A stretch of DNA of 63,038 bases, filler included, from Cercozoa sp. M6MM (Eukaryota > Protista > Endomyxa: Ascetosporea): assembly GCA_040357565.1 (NCBI GenBank). It is 5 parts of 5 records of this genome, joined end to end, with 100 filler letters (N's around TTAATTAATTAA, not from the genome) between each part and the next. Parts side by side here need not be neighbours in the genome. Positions count along the whole stretch, not along the records: positions 1 to 29,468 come from JBDODJ010000135.1; positions 29,569 to 42,131 come from JBDODJ010000375.1; 3 more parts are not named here. The stretch is one strand, 5' to 3'. Below the pieces are notes generated by a model. That model was not told the DNA's origin, searched no databases, and saw nothing but the letters and a program-made list of their open reading frames with translations. The first letter of the stretch is position 1. The number at the start of each line of letters is the position of its first letter. Shown one piece after another: positions 16,618 through 29,649 of the stretch. Both the position numbers and the translations under genes were made by a program.

Positions 16618-18870
16618 TCACGCGTCTGCCATACTCGTGGTCGGCACATCATCGCCGTCAGCAGCTCCAGTAGCGTCAAAATCCGGCGTGAGCACGACTC
16701 GGAAACGCACCTATCATTGAAACAATTTGGGTCAGTATCCGCGTGGAAGGCAAAAAAAAGCTGAAGACAGAAAAAGGAAACCTCGTTGTCGATAACACGA
16801 CGCGTCTGTTCGTTGCAATCGCTCATGGGAGCAACCTCAAGCATCGGCTTGACTCCCTTCTCAGCCGCCAATTGCAGCATGTCGCGCATGTCGTGCCGAC
16901 TGCCGACCTGGATAAATAAATAAAGAGACGGTAAAGAAAGGGTAAAGAGGGCAGCAACGAGTAGTAAAAAAGGGGAGAGTAAGGAAGTAAAGATACCCAC
17001 GAGCCCGCAACCGACATACGTCGCAGCACGAGCTTCGACGGCGTCACAGTGCACTTGCCTTCTTCCGGCTGCATGGAAGAATATGGGAGTAGAGGCAGGG
17101 CAGGGGCATGGGCAGGGGTAGGGCTAGGGTAGGGGTAAAGCACCAGTCCCACGAGGATCATGGCACCATCGACATCAACGAGATCGGCAAAGGCGTCGTA
17201 GTCGAGGTTGTTGCCATTGGCCGTCACCAGCAGTCGGTCCAACGAACACGAGGCCGCCTTCATCTCCTGCACGGGGGGGGGGGGGTAAACATGGGGGTAA
17301 ACAGGGGGGTAAACAGGGGGTAAACAGGTTGAAACCGGCCCACCTCCTCGCTGCTGGTGGCCACGAAAGCGTCGGCACCCAGACTGCCAACAAGCGTGCA
17401 CAAACAAACAAGTGTGTCCGACCCCAAACAAGTCTGTCCACACAGGAGACAGTAGCACACGAGTACCTGCGCGCCAGAGCCTCCTTGCTGTGTGTGCGCG
17501 ACAGCACCGTCACATGCGCGCCCATCGCCTTGGCGAATTGGACGCCCTGTACCGTACATACAGGCCGTACATATAGACCGTACATATATACCGTACATAT
17601 GACAGTCCAAGTGGACCGTACAAAAGCTACCAAGTGACCCAGTCCGCCCAGACCGAGAATACCGACGCGCGTGTTTTCGTCGCATCCGAAATGACGCAGC
17701 GGCGAGAACAGCGTCGTGCTAGAGTTTTACCCCCCTGTTTACCCCCCTATTTACCTCCTCTTACCTCCCTATTTACCCCTTACCCCCCTCAGAGAAAGCC
17801 TACCCAGCACAGAGGAGCGGCGCAGCGTCGGCGTCGGAAAGAGCGGCCGGAATCTCGAACACGTGCGCCTCGTCGGCCAGCACATGGTCAGCGTAGCCAC
17901 CGTAGGACATGTCACCATTGGCCCACCGGTAGCCATACGCCTGGACCATGGCCACATGATTTAAGGCGATTAGTCTCCTTTAATTAAGGCTATTTTTAAT
18001 TAAGGCTGCGTACCTTGACCTTCTCGGCACAGTAGCCGTCGCGCTGCGTGGCGCACATGCGGCATTCGTGTTCGCGCTGAGGGTAGGGGGGTAAAGGGGT
18101 AAGGGGTAGGAAGTTAAGGGGGCCAAGGGAGCAAAGAGGGCAAAGAGGGCAAAGAGGGCAAGGGGGGGGGGTAAACGACGCACCTGCTGGCAACTGAAGA
18201 CCTGCGGTCCCACGCCGACACGCTGACCCTACATTTAATTAAGGGTGCGGATTACACTGGTACAGATCAGTATCAGATGTACAGTTTGGACGAGAGAAAC
18301 GTCGGATCCGGTGGCTACAACAGTGCCGACAATCTCGTGGCCCGGACACACCGGATAGTGCGTCTTGCCTGCCGGGTAGGGAGGGGTGGGGGGGGGGGGG
18401 GGGGGGGTGTGGGGGCGGGGGAGGGGGGAAGGGGGTGAAAAAAGGTTAAACAGTTTATGGGAGGTACCCCAGCCACTGCGAGCCATATGAATGTCGCTAA
18501 AGCAGATGCCACACGCCGAGATCTGCAACGACACCACCAGAATACATGTCCACACAAGGTTTAGTCCAGATGAGATAGGCTCATACTTTGATCATCACAT
18601 CATGCGGCAACAACTCGCGCGGCTTGTAGCGAAACTACAAAAAAAAAGATTCTCCACCATCTTCTCAAACTAACTGCGTCTGTACCGGCTTGTACTCGCC
18701 ACTCTCGTCAAACGCCGCGTAACCGCGAATCTGAAAAAAAAAATTGGTCTGCCTCGAAGCCAATTCGCAATAGGCAGCTTACCTCCATAGGTACGCTCAT
18801 TTCTGCTCTTTTTCAATAGTTTGCACGTCACTAGGACACACAATGCGCTCGTTTGAACCTGTTCTGTGGA
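16618..18870 (-). CDS. Zinc-dependent alcohol dehydrogenase (MDR, cinnamyl-alcohol DH/ADH6-like); >10 exons
   Basis: [21 protein letters not shown], structural-Zn cysteines, [35 protein letters not shown]. Start codon not located. Confidence 0.92.
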
Positions 18871-19025
18871 GATTGGTTGGTCACACACGCACCCTTATTT
18901 TCGCGAGGCAGCAAAAAACTCGCGGAATTCTGCGCTTTTGCCGTGTTGCGTGGCACTCTCAGTGCGAACTTTGCATTATTACGGGCAGTAGCACACGTTC
19001 ACATACATCAACGCGTGAGGACGAA

Positions 19026-21472
19026 ATGTCTCAGCCACGCACGTGTTATTACACGCTGCTCGGCGTTGACGGCGATGCCACGCTCTCCGAGATCACGCGG
19101 GCCTTCCGCAAGCGTGCCATGCGGGTACCGATATTTCTTCTTTTAAGTGATGGGCACTAGGTGAGAAACGCTGCCCTGTTCTTCAGTGGCACCCAGACAA
19201 GAACCGTGACAATATTGAAGAGGCCACGGAGCGCTTCAAGGAGCTCAACGAGGCCTACCAGACACTAAGCGATCCACAGGTGCCACATCTGGTCCATGTC
19301 ACTCTCTTTGATGGCTTTATTTTTACTTTGGGCGACAGGAACGCTCGTGGTACGACTCACATCGCGATGAGATTCTCGGTCGAACCAACGGGTTCCTTTG
19401 ATGCTAGTTTATTCGGTCGAATAATTTCTCACTTTGGTCTTTGTAGTGAACGACGCGCAGACGACGCAGATTTGGGCGACGGCGGAATGGATATTAACTT
19501 GGTATCTATCTCCATTGTTTTATTTCTCGCGTTTATGTTATAATCTATTTGTAGTGGCCGTACTTCCGCGCGGACTCGTTTAATGGTTTTGCTGATGACA
19601 ACCCTCGTTCTTTCTACAGCGTACGCTAATTTAACATTGCTTCTGCTCCACTTTTTACTCAAATCCGCCTGCACAGGTGTTTTCGCGCGTTTTCGCTTCG
19701 ATCGACGATCTTGAGAAGAAAGCTTTTCTCCGACGTCATAAAGGGGTGCGTTTGAGTTTCAAATCTTTGTCGATGTAGTCTAAACTTTTTTGCCCCTCAG
19801 AAAGAGAGCGAATACGTTGCTTACCCGCATTTCGGAACATCGGCGGATGATTGCACTGGGTTCTACCGTCGATGGCATGCTTTTGCCACAACGAGGTACC
19901 GGTTTCATCAGACTCAGTTGTTGTGTGTTTGTTGATCATTCGAGACGCTGCTGCGCAGGCCGTTCTCTTGGAAGGATCACTGGCATCTACCAGATGCGCC
20001 GAATCGAAAGGTGCGCCGACTCATGGAGAAGGAGAATCAGGAGTTGCGCAACAAGGCGCGCCGAGAGTACGGCGAGTTGGTACTGATGTGTCTGTTCTGC
20101 TTCATGCTTTCCAGATTTTGAACTTTGGGATCGCTCGTATACATGACAGGTGCGTCGGCTAGTGACTCACGTGCAGAATCGTGACCCGCGCTGGGCCGAG
20201 CGACGGGAGCAGAAGCGACAGGAGAAACTGCGCGAGCAAGAGCGTCAGGACGAGCTGCGTGAGGAACGCAAAAAGGTACGCTTGACTGTCCCTCTGTTTC
20301 TGTGTTTCTGCTTGATCACATACATTTCTAGGAACAAGCGGAAGCACGTGCACGCGCTTTGGAAGCGGAACAGGAGCGCTTTGAAATGATGGAGAAAGAG
20401 CGCCAAGAAGCAATCGAACGAGGCGAATTCGTGTTTGAGGACTCTTCTTCGGAGGTATCGTTCTGCACTTCTTAAAATTGTTGAGGCACCATATTGGTTG
20501 TTTTCGGTAGGAGGAGGAAAAGTTGTTTTGTGAGGCGTGCAACAAGGAGTTCAGCAACCAAGACCTTCTTCTCAAGCACGGCCGGAGTAATTTTTGTTTA
20601 TGTTTCTTTTTTAATCCAAGGGTATTTTCTGTACCAGGCAAGCGACACAAAAAACAAGTCGAACGCTTTCGCCGCTTGCGTGGCCGCGAACCTGTAAAAA
20701 TGTTTTTTTAAATTTAAATTGCGGTTATTGCAGCTGTTTTCTTTTCTGCACAGATTTTTGGGCTCGACGTTGACGAAGAAGAAGAAAATTCAACATCCGA
20801 AGAAGAATTTGACGTACTGCGGTTTCAAGTGATTTCCGGTTTTGCAGAACAGCTAGTTTTTTTCACAGGAAGAAAAAGAGTTGCGTCGACTGCAAGAAGA
20901 AGAAGAGAAGCGTCGCAAGAAACTTCAGCGCAAACAGCGCAAAAAGCAGACTCAAGCGGTACTAGAAAGTCCGTTGTCCTTGTTTCGATTTTGTGTGATG
21001 CCAAATCAGATCGACGAAGACGCGTTGTTGGAAGAGTTTTTGGCCGAAGATCTCGACAATCTCGAGCTCGACGACTTTGATGAGAGTCTGAACAACAAAA
21101 AGACTCCCGATGTGACACAGCAAGAGATGAGTGCGCCAGTCAACGATAAGGCTCCCGTGGAATCCAAGAAAAAGCGTCGAAGACGGAAGAAGGAAAATGT
21201 ATTTGCTTTAACTTTTTGCGGTAAGGGACGACTAAATTCGGTTGTGCTTCCAGGCCAAGATCGACCGTGCGGAGGCCGTCCGATCCGCTGTTCCGACTTG
21301 CGGTATGTTTCGGTTTCATGGGTTGTTCACTGGAGTACATTTACAATACAAGCTCGTAGGTTTCTGCGGTGCGAGCTTTGAATCGCGATCCGGTTTGTTC
21401 CGACATCTCAAGGAGCAGCCCCGACACGCACTGCGACGCGATTTTGTGGATGCTAACAAGAAAATGCCGTGA
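19026..21472 (+). CDS. DNAJC21: J-domain protein with C2H2 zinc fingers (DNAJC21/Jjj1-like, 60S biogenesis)
   Basis: CYYTLLGV...[44 protein letters not shown]; RRLMEKENQ; [10 protein letters not shown]; terminal [18 protein letters not shown]. Confidence 0.88.
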
Positions 21473-21595
21473 TGCTCCACCCGTCACTCCCTGCGCTAAC
21501 GCGCTGGATTGAAACTGCGTATTCTGCTACGCAGCTTAAACTGTAACTTGATTTAACTCACGTCACGTCGCTGGCAGCAGTGACTTGATAGTTTC

Positions 21596-21674
21596 TCTTG
21601 CGACCCACCCCAGACTGGTGCAGGGGAACTACATAGTTGGTTTCCTAGAAGACTCAACTAACTAACTAACTAAC
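21596..21674 (+). mobile_element. Non-LTR retroelement/SINE-like repeat, copy 2, with perfect 15-bp TSD
   Basis: TGACTTGATAGTTTC at 21581-21595 and again at 21675-21689; the element ends in (TAAC)n. Confidence 0.88.
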
Positions 21675-22087
21675 TGACTTGATAGTTTCCAATAATTTCA
21701 AGGGACCGCGTATTGTCGGCCGACGAACTAGGTAGGAATTCGAACGTACGCTCGGTGCGTTTGACTTGAGTGCAAGGGGTATGGCGGCCGACGGCGCGCA
21801 CCGGATGTGTAGACGGAGAGAGGACAGGATGCGAGATAAGAATGAAGGAAGAGCTACAGCGATGAGGGGTCGACACCCAGCGAAGCTAGAAGTGAGTCTG
21901 CGTCACTGTCACAGAGGCTGTATGAAAAAAGGGACAACCAACAAGAGGGGATAAAGAGAGTGAATACGTGGGATGCAGCTCAAAATTGAGCCCGAACGGT
22001 GTAAGATGGTGAGCGCCCAGTTTGCGTCTGTCGTTTTTGTTGCTGTTGTTGTTGCTATTGTCGTGGCTGCTATTGTTCTGACCGGTC

Positions 22088-23523
22088 TTACTCTGTGTCT
22101 TGCTCTTGTTCCGTGCTGCTGCTTCGGCGCTTGCACTCGATGACGGCGTTCCCGACTGTCAAACGTATACTTGCAGCTCCGACAACTGAGAGGATCAAAC
22201 AAGGAAGGGACTCCGTACCGTGTTGATGCTCGAAAACAGTTCGGCGTTGGCCGAGTACAATCGATCGACACCGAGTGGTGTAAAGGTTTCCTGCACCCAA
22301 GAGGTAGTTGTCGGTAAAACTACTCATATACAACTATACAGACAGCAGAGACTACCTGTGCATGATTCCACCAGTCGGCAGTCATGTCGTTGCTGGCAGG
22401 CAGCACAATCTGCGACAGTGACGTCAGGGACGGCTGGCCTCCTCCCTGAGTCGGCAATGTGAGTGGGCCTCCTGCTGTCTGTAGTTGCGATACGGTGCGT
22501 TTCGTGTCGGCAGAGGTCGTCGCTGACGTCGCGTGCTCCGGCAGCGACATGTTTGACGACGCGGGCACCTGGCCGGCCCCTGCTGCCGGTGTAGGCGAAA
22601 GCTCGGCACTGGCCGTGTCTCGTGCCAACATGTCCTGCTGCTGATCCCCGTCGGGCACACTGGACCGTAAGCGACGCGCAATCGACGACAGTCGAGTCAG
22701 CAGTTCTTTTGACAAAACTTCTTTTTTACTGGCATATAGAGAGAAGAAAGCACCTGTGTTGCTGTTGTCACTCGCGATCTTTCGTCGCTTTGGCGGCCGG
22801 AAGTGCTCGTCGAGCGCATCAACGAGGTCCAGGCACGCCTGGCGCAGCATCACGTTCTCTCGACGCAGCTGCGTGATTTGATTGTTCGCGGGTTTCTTTC
22901 TCTGGAACGAACAATCACACCGATTATCAAACCACAAAACGAACAATAACAAACTGTACACACCTTAATCACTGCAAGCAGCTCTCGCTGTCCACGCAGA
23001 AAATGTGGATGCCGAAAGATCGCACGTGCGCCTTGGTGAAGTTCCTGTCAGCCAGAAACGAAAAAAGTGCTTCCACTTCACATCAGTTCAATTTTTGAGA
23101 AGAGCAAGTCCGGGAAACCTTAGTGAATCCGTAGAAGTTCAGTTGTCGCACAAAACTCGGGAATTTTGAGTGCTTGAAAAAGCGTGGCAAGATCTCTTGG
23201 GCCTGTTATCCAATCAAACAGCAAAGTCAAGCCCTATGACCCACCTCTGGTTGAGTTGTACTACCAGCACGTGCTCATCTTCGACGACAAATCTCTTTCC
23301 GTCCTCCATCTAAATTTAAGAATGTGAAATGGGGAGAATGCAGGTATGATCAAAAGGAATCCATCATACCCAGTGGACGACCTTATCGCATGAGGGGTCG
23401 CTTACCATCGTAAACGTTGTCTACGAGAGTCAGGTATACCAAGCGTGATCATGATCGATAAGTGCGAAAGGTCTGTACGTGTAAGAAGCCGCGTTTCGCA
23501 CCAGCTCGCGGTCTTTGGGACAT
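22088..23523 (-). CDS. Heat-shock-factor (HSF)-type DNA-binding transcription factor; multi-exon, HSF domain absent from the ORF track
   Basis: Spliced translation: [22 protein letters not shown].../[27 protein letters not shown]/...[21 protein letters not shown], then a heptad coiled coil. 3' end approximate. Confidence 0.9.
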
Positions 23524-23799
23524 TACGGGCACTCTGGAGACCAAGCAACGAGAATTCTCGCTGGGTTGGGATGTGCACCAGACTCTTGTCAACAACACGT
23601 TCTTGTCCCTGACGTGTTTCTCGGCCTCGTACGCACAGTGTGCACTTAGCGCAGTAATGCACACAGGCGCGCACAACAACAGGCCGTGACGTAGTCGATG
23701 GTCTTGCTGCCACTGTCGTTTTGTTTTTGGGGATCTGACTTGCTGATTGTGCGCTGACCAAGGTGGCGTCTATGATTTTTAAACGGCTGGGAACATCAG

Positions 23800-23867
23800 T
23801 CAGTTCCTTGAGTCTTATTGGTAACCAACTAAGTAGTTCCCCTGCACCAGCCCGGGGTGAGTCATAA
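23800..23867 (-). mobile_element. Non-LTR retroelement/SINE-like repeat, copy 3 (diverged), with 15-bp TSD
   Basis: Reverse complement reads ccccgggctggtgcaggggaactacttagttggtt. Flanked by GGCTGGGAACATCAG (23785-23799) and GGCTGAGAACATCAG (23868-23882), 1 mismatch. Confidence 0.8.
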
Positions 23868-24049
23868 GGCTGAGAACATCAGCATTCTCCGGTGAAATTG
23901 GACTATTGAAGTGATACAAAAGTCCAGCACTATCGTCAGGTTCCAGCCACTTGACTTCTTATCACCTTCTCTCGATCTTGCGTGGGTGGTTATGCTTTAC
24001 CATGACTTGATACTGACTGATCATGTGATATCGTATCGTACGATTACTG

Positions 24050-27000
24050 TAACGAGCGGCGTGTGCGCCGTCGCTTGCGTCTACCGCGCAGCGGTCTGTC
24101 GTCGTCGCTGCTCGCGTCTGACACTGCGCGGGGTCACACAGACACACGACAACACATACATACACACAACGCATACAAGCACACAACACAGAGAGACAGA
24201 TATGAGTGTTACAGGCATCCTGATCGGCAGCGCTATCGGCATGGGAGGCAGGAAGAAACTCGTCGTCAGCATCGGGTTCGTAGTCGTCGTCGCCGCCGCG
24301 TCGTCGCGCGCGTCGTTTGCGACTCGTCTTTTGAGCGGCGGGTTGCTCGGCGAGGTCGGCGTCCTGCTGGGCACCGTCGTGCGCCTGCATCAGTCGCTGC
24401 TTCCACTCGCCTGCTGCGGCACGGGTCGCTGCCGGCAGCGATCGCAGTGACGACATTTGCTCCAGGCAGTCGAGCACTGGTGCCTGGGGGGGGGGGGGGT
24501 AAGATAGAGGAGGTAAGTTAGGGGTATATTGTGAACACACTATCTCAAGGTAGCGTCGAATGTCGGCACTGTCGAGTGCACAAACGTACTGTGCGCACAG
24601 TGACTCCATATCGTCATGCACCGCCTCTTTCGCTGCCTGTACCAGAGGGTATCAAAAAGGAGTGGCAACGGAACTGAGGAAGGGAGCAACCTTGCTGCGC
24701 AACGAGGCGCGCTGTGCAACGCGTTCCTGCAGCTGCTGCGTTTTCTGCAACAACTCGGTCGCTTCGTCCAGTCCAGCTTGTTTCGGCAGCACCTGTACAC
24801 TCAGTCAGTACGGGACAGATATATCGTCCAAGTGTCCCACTTGATTAAGTGCAAAGACAAGGATGTACCTGATCCCAAAAGTTGTCAGCCGCCCAGTCGA
24901 GTGACGAATCCGCTTCGGCCGCCGCAAACGCGATCTTGTTGAACTCGATCAGCGACTATTTAAGGAAGCAATGTACAAATGTACCACACCAATACGGACA
25001 GGTACTAGAGGCTAAAGGAGAGGCGTACATTGTCCTCCTCGACTGAGTCGATTTTCACTGTCCTCGCGTGCGTGCGCAGCAGCTCGTCGATGTCAGCCTG
25101 GGGGGTAAGGTGTGTATGTTGGGAGGGGTAAACATGTGAAGGGCAAAGCTACCTCGCAGAAAGTCCTCTCGGCCTGTTCGTCTTTCTTCTGATTTTCTTC
25201 GTCCTTTGGAACCACGTGGTACGCTCCGAATCGCAGCATTCGATCCTGCACACAGAGGGCGGGGGGGGGGGGTAAGGGAGGGGTAGGTAGATGGGGATAA
25301 CATAGCTAGTACCAACTCTTCGCGTTTCGCGTCGAGCTTGCTGCTTGCTACTTCTGCGCTATCACTGGGGGGGGGGGGGGAGGGTAAGGCAAGGGTAAAA
25401 GGTATAAAAGAAGTACGTCTCAGCGTCGCCATCGTCTTGGATGCGATGCATGATGGCCTTGTCCAGACCGAGTTTCTTGGAGGCACGTGCGAACATCTGC
25501 GTTTCGTACGTCTTGGCAGTCACGAGACGGTACACCTGCACACACACACACAGGTGACCACACATGATCACAGTGACCACACACGATCACAGAGTGACCA
25601 CATACGTGCACGTTGCGTTGCTGACCGATGCGATGGCACCGGGCACAAGCCTGCAGGTCGGCCTGCGGGTTCCAGTCCGGGTCGAACATGATCACAGTGT
25701 CCGCTGCCGTCAGATTGATACCGACACCTGTCCAACAAGTACAAATGGCAGTACAAATGACAGTACAAATGGGCAGCACAACTAGATGAGACGGACGGGG
25801 ACATATGGACAGTACAAATGGACAGGATAGTGTACCACCAGCACGTGTGGTTAGCAGGAACACGAAACGGTCCGAGTTCTCGGCGCTGAAGCGATCGATC
25901 GCCTGCTGCCGCTCGATGGCCGTTGTGTTGCCGTCAATGCGCTCAAACGGCAGCTCCTTCCACAGCAGGTAGTCCTGCGAGTGGGGGGGGGGGGTAAGGA
26001 GTAAAGGGAGTGAAAAGAAAGGTAGGTAGGGGTAAGGCTACCTCAAGCAAGTTGAGCATGTTCTTCATGCCACTGAAGATGAGCACGCGGTGTCCCTCTT
26101 GTTTCAGCTTGGTCAGCAGCTTGTCTAGCAGGATCATCTTGCCGCTTCCGTTGACAAGAGCGTCAAAGTACAACGACTCTGCCGTTACTGCCTCTGGCAC
26201 TTTGGACTCCTGCTTCCTTCTGGGGAGGGTGGGGTGTGAATATAATAAAACAAAAGGTAGGTGAAAGTACCGTTCCAGTGCGTGGGCCGACGTGGCGTGT
26301 TCGATGGCACCTTCCACCAGAAACGGGTGGTTGCACACCTTACTGCAAGAGAGATCAAACAAGACACGTTGAGTCAGACGAAGCTTGGCTGAACTGAAAC
26401 ATACCGCAACTGCATGTCGACATTTCGCAACGACGGTTTCTTCTCCAGACCGCCACGCGACAGAAACTCGCGATTGCGTTCGTACACGGCACGGTAGTAC
26501 TGCTTCTGTGTTGTTGTCAACTACAGCACATACACAGAGGTACTACTCATCCTCTTTCGTCATACCCCAGCAGTACTGTACCTCAACATCAACGATAGTT
26601 TCGAATTTCGGCGGAAGTGAGCCTCTCTCAACGTCGGCCTAGGATGTTTAAACACCACAAAACTAAATACACGAACATTCAAACAAATTCTTTGTACTTT
26701 GACACGCCGAAGCATGAAAGGCTCGATTCGCTTGCGCAACTCGTCCACCTAAAACAAGCGCATTAACTGCTTCGAAAACAAGAAAGACACAGAACGAACC
26801 TGAGCCACTGATGTGAGATCCGAGAATTCGGCGACAAACTCGTCGAGATCTTTGAATTTCTTCGGCTGCAATCAAACAAAAACGGCAGTTATTTTGCAAT
26901 TTTTTCAAAGAAAATCGTGTTAAAATCAACTTCGAACCTGCAGGAATTTGAGCAGCTGGAACAACTCGTTAATGCCATTCTGTGTGCGTTATCATTTTTT

Positions 27001-29353
27001 GCTCTATCATTTCACAGAGATGTTAAGAAACAAAAGCACCTGAATCGGAGTTCCCGTGAGCAGCAAATGGCGCTACAAAACAAACGGTAGCTTTGACTGG
27101 TCGAGACAGCTCAAGCATGCAACAAAGTAAAAACCTGCGCATTGAATTTCGTCAACGCCTCGGAGAGTTGCGAATTTCGCGCTTTCAGTCGATGGCCTTC
27201 GTCCACAATAAGCTGCAAAAAAAAAAAAAAAAAAACAATAATAGTTGCTTTGAAGTTACACGCGGAAGCGAATGCGTACCTGTTGCCATTCCAGCGAAAC
27301 GAGCTCCGAAAAATCAGCAAGGATCAACTAAACAGACACACACGTAAGAGTTCAAGAAGGACTCTTAACTTGACTCACCTCATAACTCGTAATGAGCACG
27401 TTGAACTTCACACCGCCGGATTCGCGGAAAAACTGAACTCAAAACAGCGAGATTCGTCGAGATTCGCCAAAAAGCCAATTTCGTTCTAAAAACAAACCTC
27501 GTGAGCGCGGATGACTTCGCGAGCTGGCGAGTTGCCGTGATACACAATAACGTTCAAATCAGTCCACTTGCGCAAAGTGCGCTCCCCTGTAAATTTAAAG
27601 CAATGCACAAAAACACGCACACACACCAACAGACACACATAAGCAAGAAGAAGTTACAGTGAGGCAAGGTCGAAAGCGGCGCAACCACCACTGCGTATCA
27701 GCACAAAGAGATAAACAAGCGTCTCCGTAAGACAGGAGAACAATCAAAGTGAAGGATACGATGTGGCCCAACAACGTTCCACTGTCGTACCAGGTGCTCT
27801 AAATACACGGCTGACTGTACCGTCTTTCCCAGGCCTAATTAAGTGTAAATTAAGGTTGTGTATGTAACGATAAACATAGAGACAAACTGAAGTGGGTACC
27901 CATCTCATCAGCGAGAATGCCGTTGCGTTTACGCCAGTACAGCGAGATCAGCCCTGGTCAAGACAGTGAGTTTCAAAAATTAAGGGGTAACTAAAAAGAA
28001 GGTACAGTTGAGGCCCTTGCGTTGGTAATCGCGAAGTGTCAGTCCATTTCCTGTTCAAGACAAGTTAAATCACTCGTCAAGTCACACAAGCCAAAGGTCA
28101 AGTCAAAAGTCAGGTCAAAAGTCAAGTCAAAAGTCAGGTCAAAAGTCAAGTCAAAAGTCAGGTCAAAAGTCAAGTCAAAAGTCAGTGAAGGTGTCAAGTA
28201 CCGTAGGTACGCGCGTCCTTGTACCACTCGCCGATACGCGACTCAGCCTCAGCTTGTTCCGGCAGTTTTGGCAGCAGGTCCTCCTGCTCCACAGGCGCAT
28301 CGCGCTGCCGCAACTCCTCCACAAAATCCTGCCCGTCGAGTTTCGCAATGTCACTTAGTGTCTCCCTGTGAACACACTTGTTTAAGCACACTAGTTTAAG
28401 CACACTAGTTTAAGCACACTAGCTTGGACACACTTGTTCAAGGTAGTAGTGGTATGTACCACGTGCAGTCGGCGTAGGACGTAGCCTTCCACTTGACGAG
28501 GTACTTGTCATCGTCCTGCGCGATGACGCGCTCGATCTCCAGCAGCACCGGGTCAAACGGCAGCCCGCCGTACAGTGTCTTGTACTGTACGCGACATACA
28601 TCCCTATCCTACCCCTGTCCCTACCCTGCCCTACCCTGCCACTGTACCTTGCGCCGCAACACGGGCAAATCTCGTCGGAATTTCGACACGCGTCGTTGTA
28701 CCGACACCTTGCCGAAACGTCGCTGTTGGTCAGACATGAGCATCCGCGCGGACACAGTAAGAACACCAAAAAGCAATAGGTACCACCATCTGCTCGACTG
28801 TGAGCCACTCGAGATGCAAATAACTTTTGCCGACCAGTTTCACCAAATACTGCGTCTGCTTTTGCCAACTGCAACACGGGGGGAGGGGGTTAAAGAAAGG
28901 GGTAAAGGAGGGGGCGGGGGAGAGGAAAAAAGGAGGTACGCGCGTCGCTTCCACCGTCGACGTCGGCGCAATTGCGCACGTGCCAGACGGTTGTCGGTAT
29001 CGGTGCAGTGAGTGGCATCACAGACGGTCACGAGTGAGGCACGTGAGAGTGACGGTGCCTGCCACGTGGGCTGCTGCGGGTGCTGGCGCGACCACTCGGC
29101 CACGTGCAACCGCTCGCACACGTCGAGACAGTGTTCCACGACGTCGTCCTCAGTGACACCGTCATTGTCCTCAGTGACACCGTCATCTGCACCGTTGTGA
29201 TCGCCGACATCATTGGTATCATCTGCACCGTCGTCGACACCGTCATCTTCGCCGTCGTTTTCTTCGTTCTCGTCGTCGCTCGCGACCGGCAGCAGCGCCG
29301 CGCGCTCCTCCAGCAACGCGTCGATGCGCTCCGTTGGCGCGTCCTTCTTGGCC
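24050..29353 (-). CDS. CHD-family chromodomain SNF2 chromatin remodeller (CHD6-9-like); 5' end lost at contig spacer
   Basis: Two chromodomains ([15 protein letters not shown]; [26 protein letters not shown]). Helicase motifs [90 protein letters not shown]. Confidence 0.93.
28095..28185. repeat. Intronic 12-bp tandem repeat (GTCAA[A/G]TCAAAA-type)
   Basis: gtcaagtcaaaa/gtcaggtcaaaa repeated about 7 times. Confidence 0.85.
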
Positions 29354-29398
29354 TACAACAGGTCAGTCAGTCAACACACTCAGTTTCATACATAAAGG

Positions 29399-29465
<67 letters not shown>

Positions 29466-29468
29466 CAA

Positions 29469-29568
29469 NNNNNNNNNNNNNNNNNNNNNNNNNNNNNNNN
29501 NNNNNNNNNNNNTTAATTAATTAANNNNNNNNNNNNNNNNNNNNNNNNNNNNNNNNNNNNNNNNNNNN
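29469..29568. other. Artificial contig-joining spacer (44 N + TTAATTAATTAA + 44 N)
   Basis: Identical 100-nt structure occurs four times; the 12-mer puts stops in all six frames. Confidence 0.95.
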
Positions 29569-29649
29569 AAGAGAGTATAATAGGAGGAATACGAAAGTAC
29601 AAGAGCGGGGTAAAGGTGGGGATAAAGGGCGAGGGGAGGGGTAAAACTT

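Noticed and set aside
23340-23530. Hairpin-containing ncRNA or element upstream of the HSF domain
   Set aside because: Explained as the first coding exons of the HSF gene on the minus strand.
29513-29524. TTAATTAATTAA as a piggyBac site or regulatory palindrome
   Set aside because: Always centred in 88 Ns; it is an artificial six-frame stop linker.
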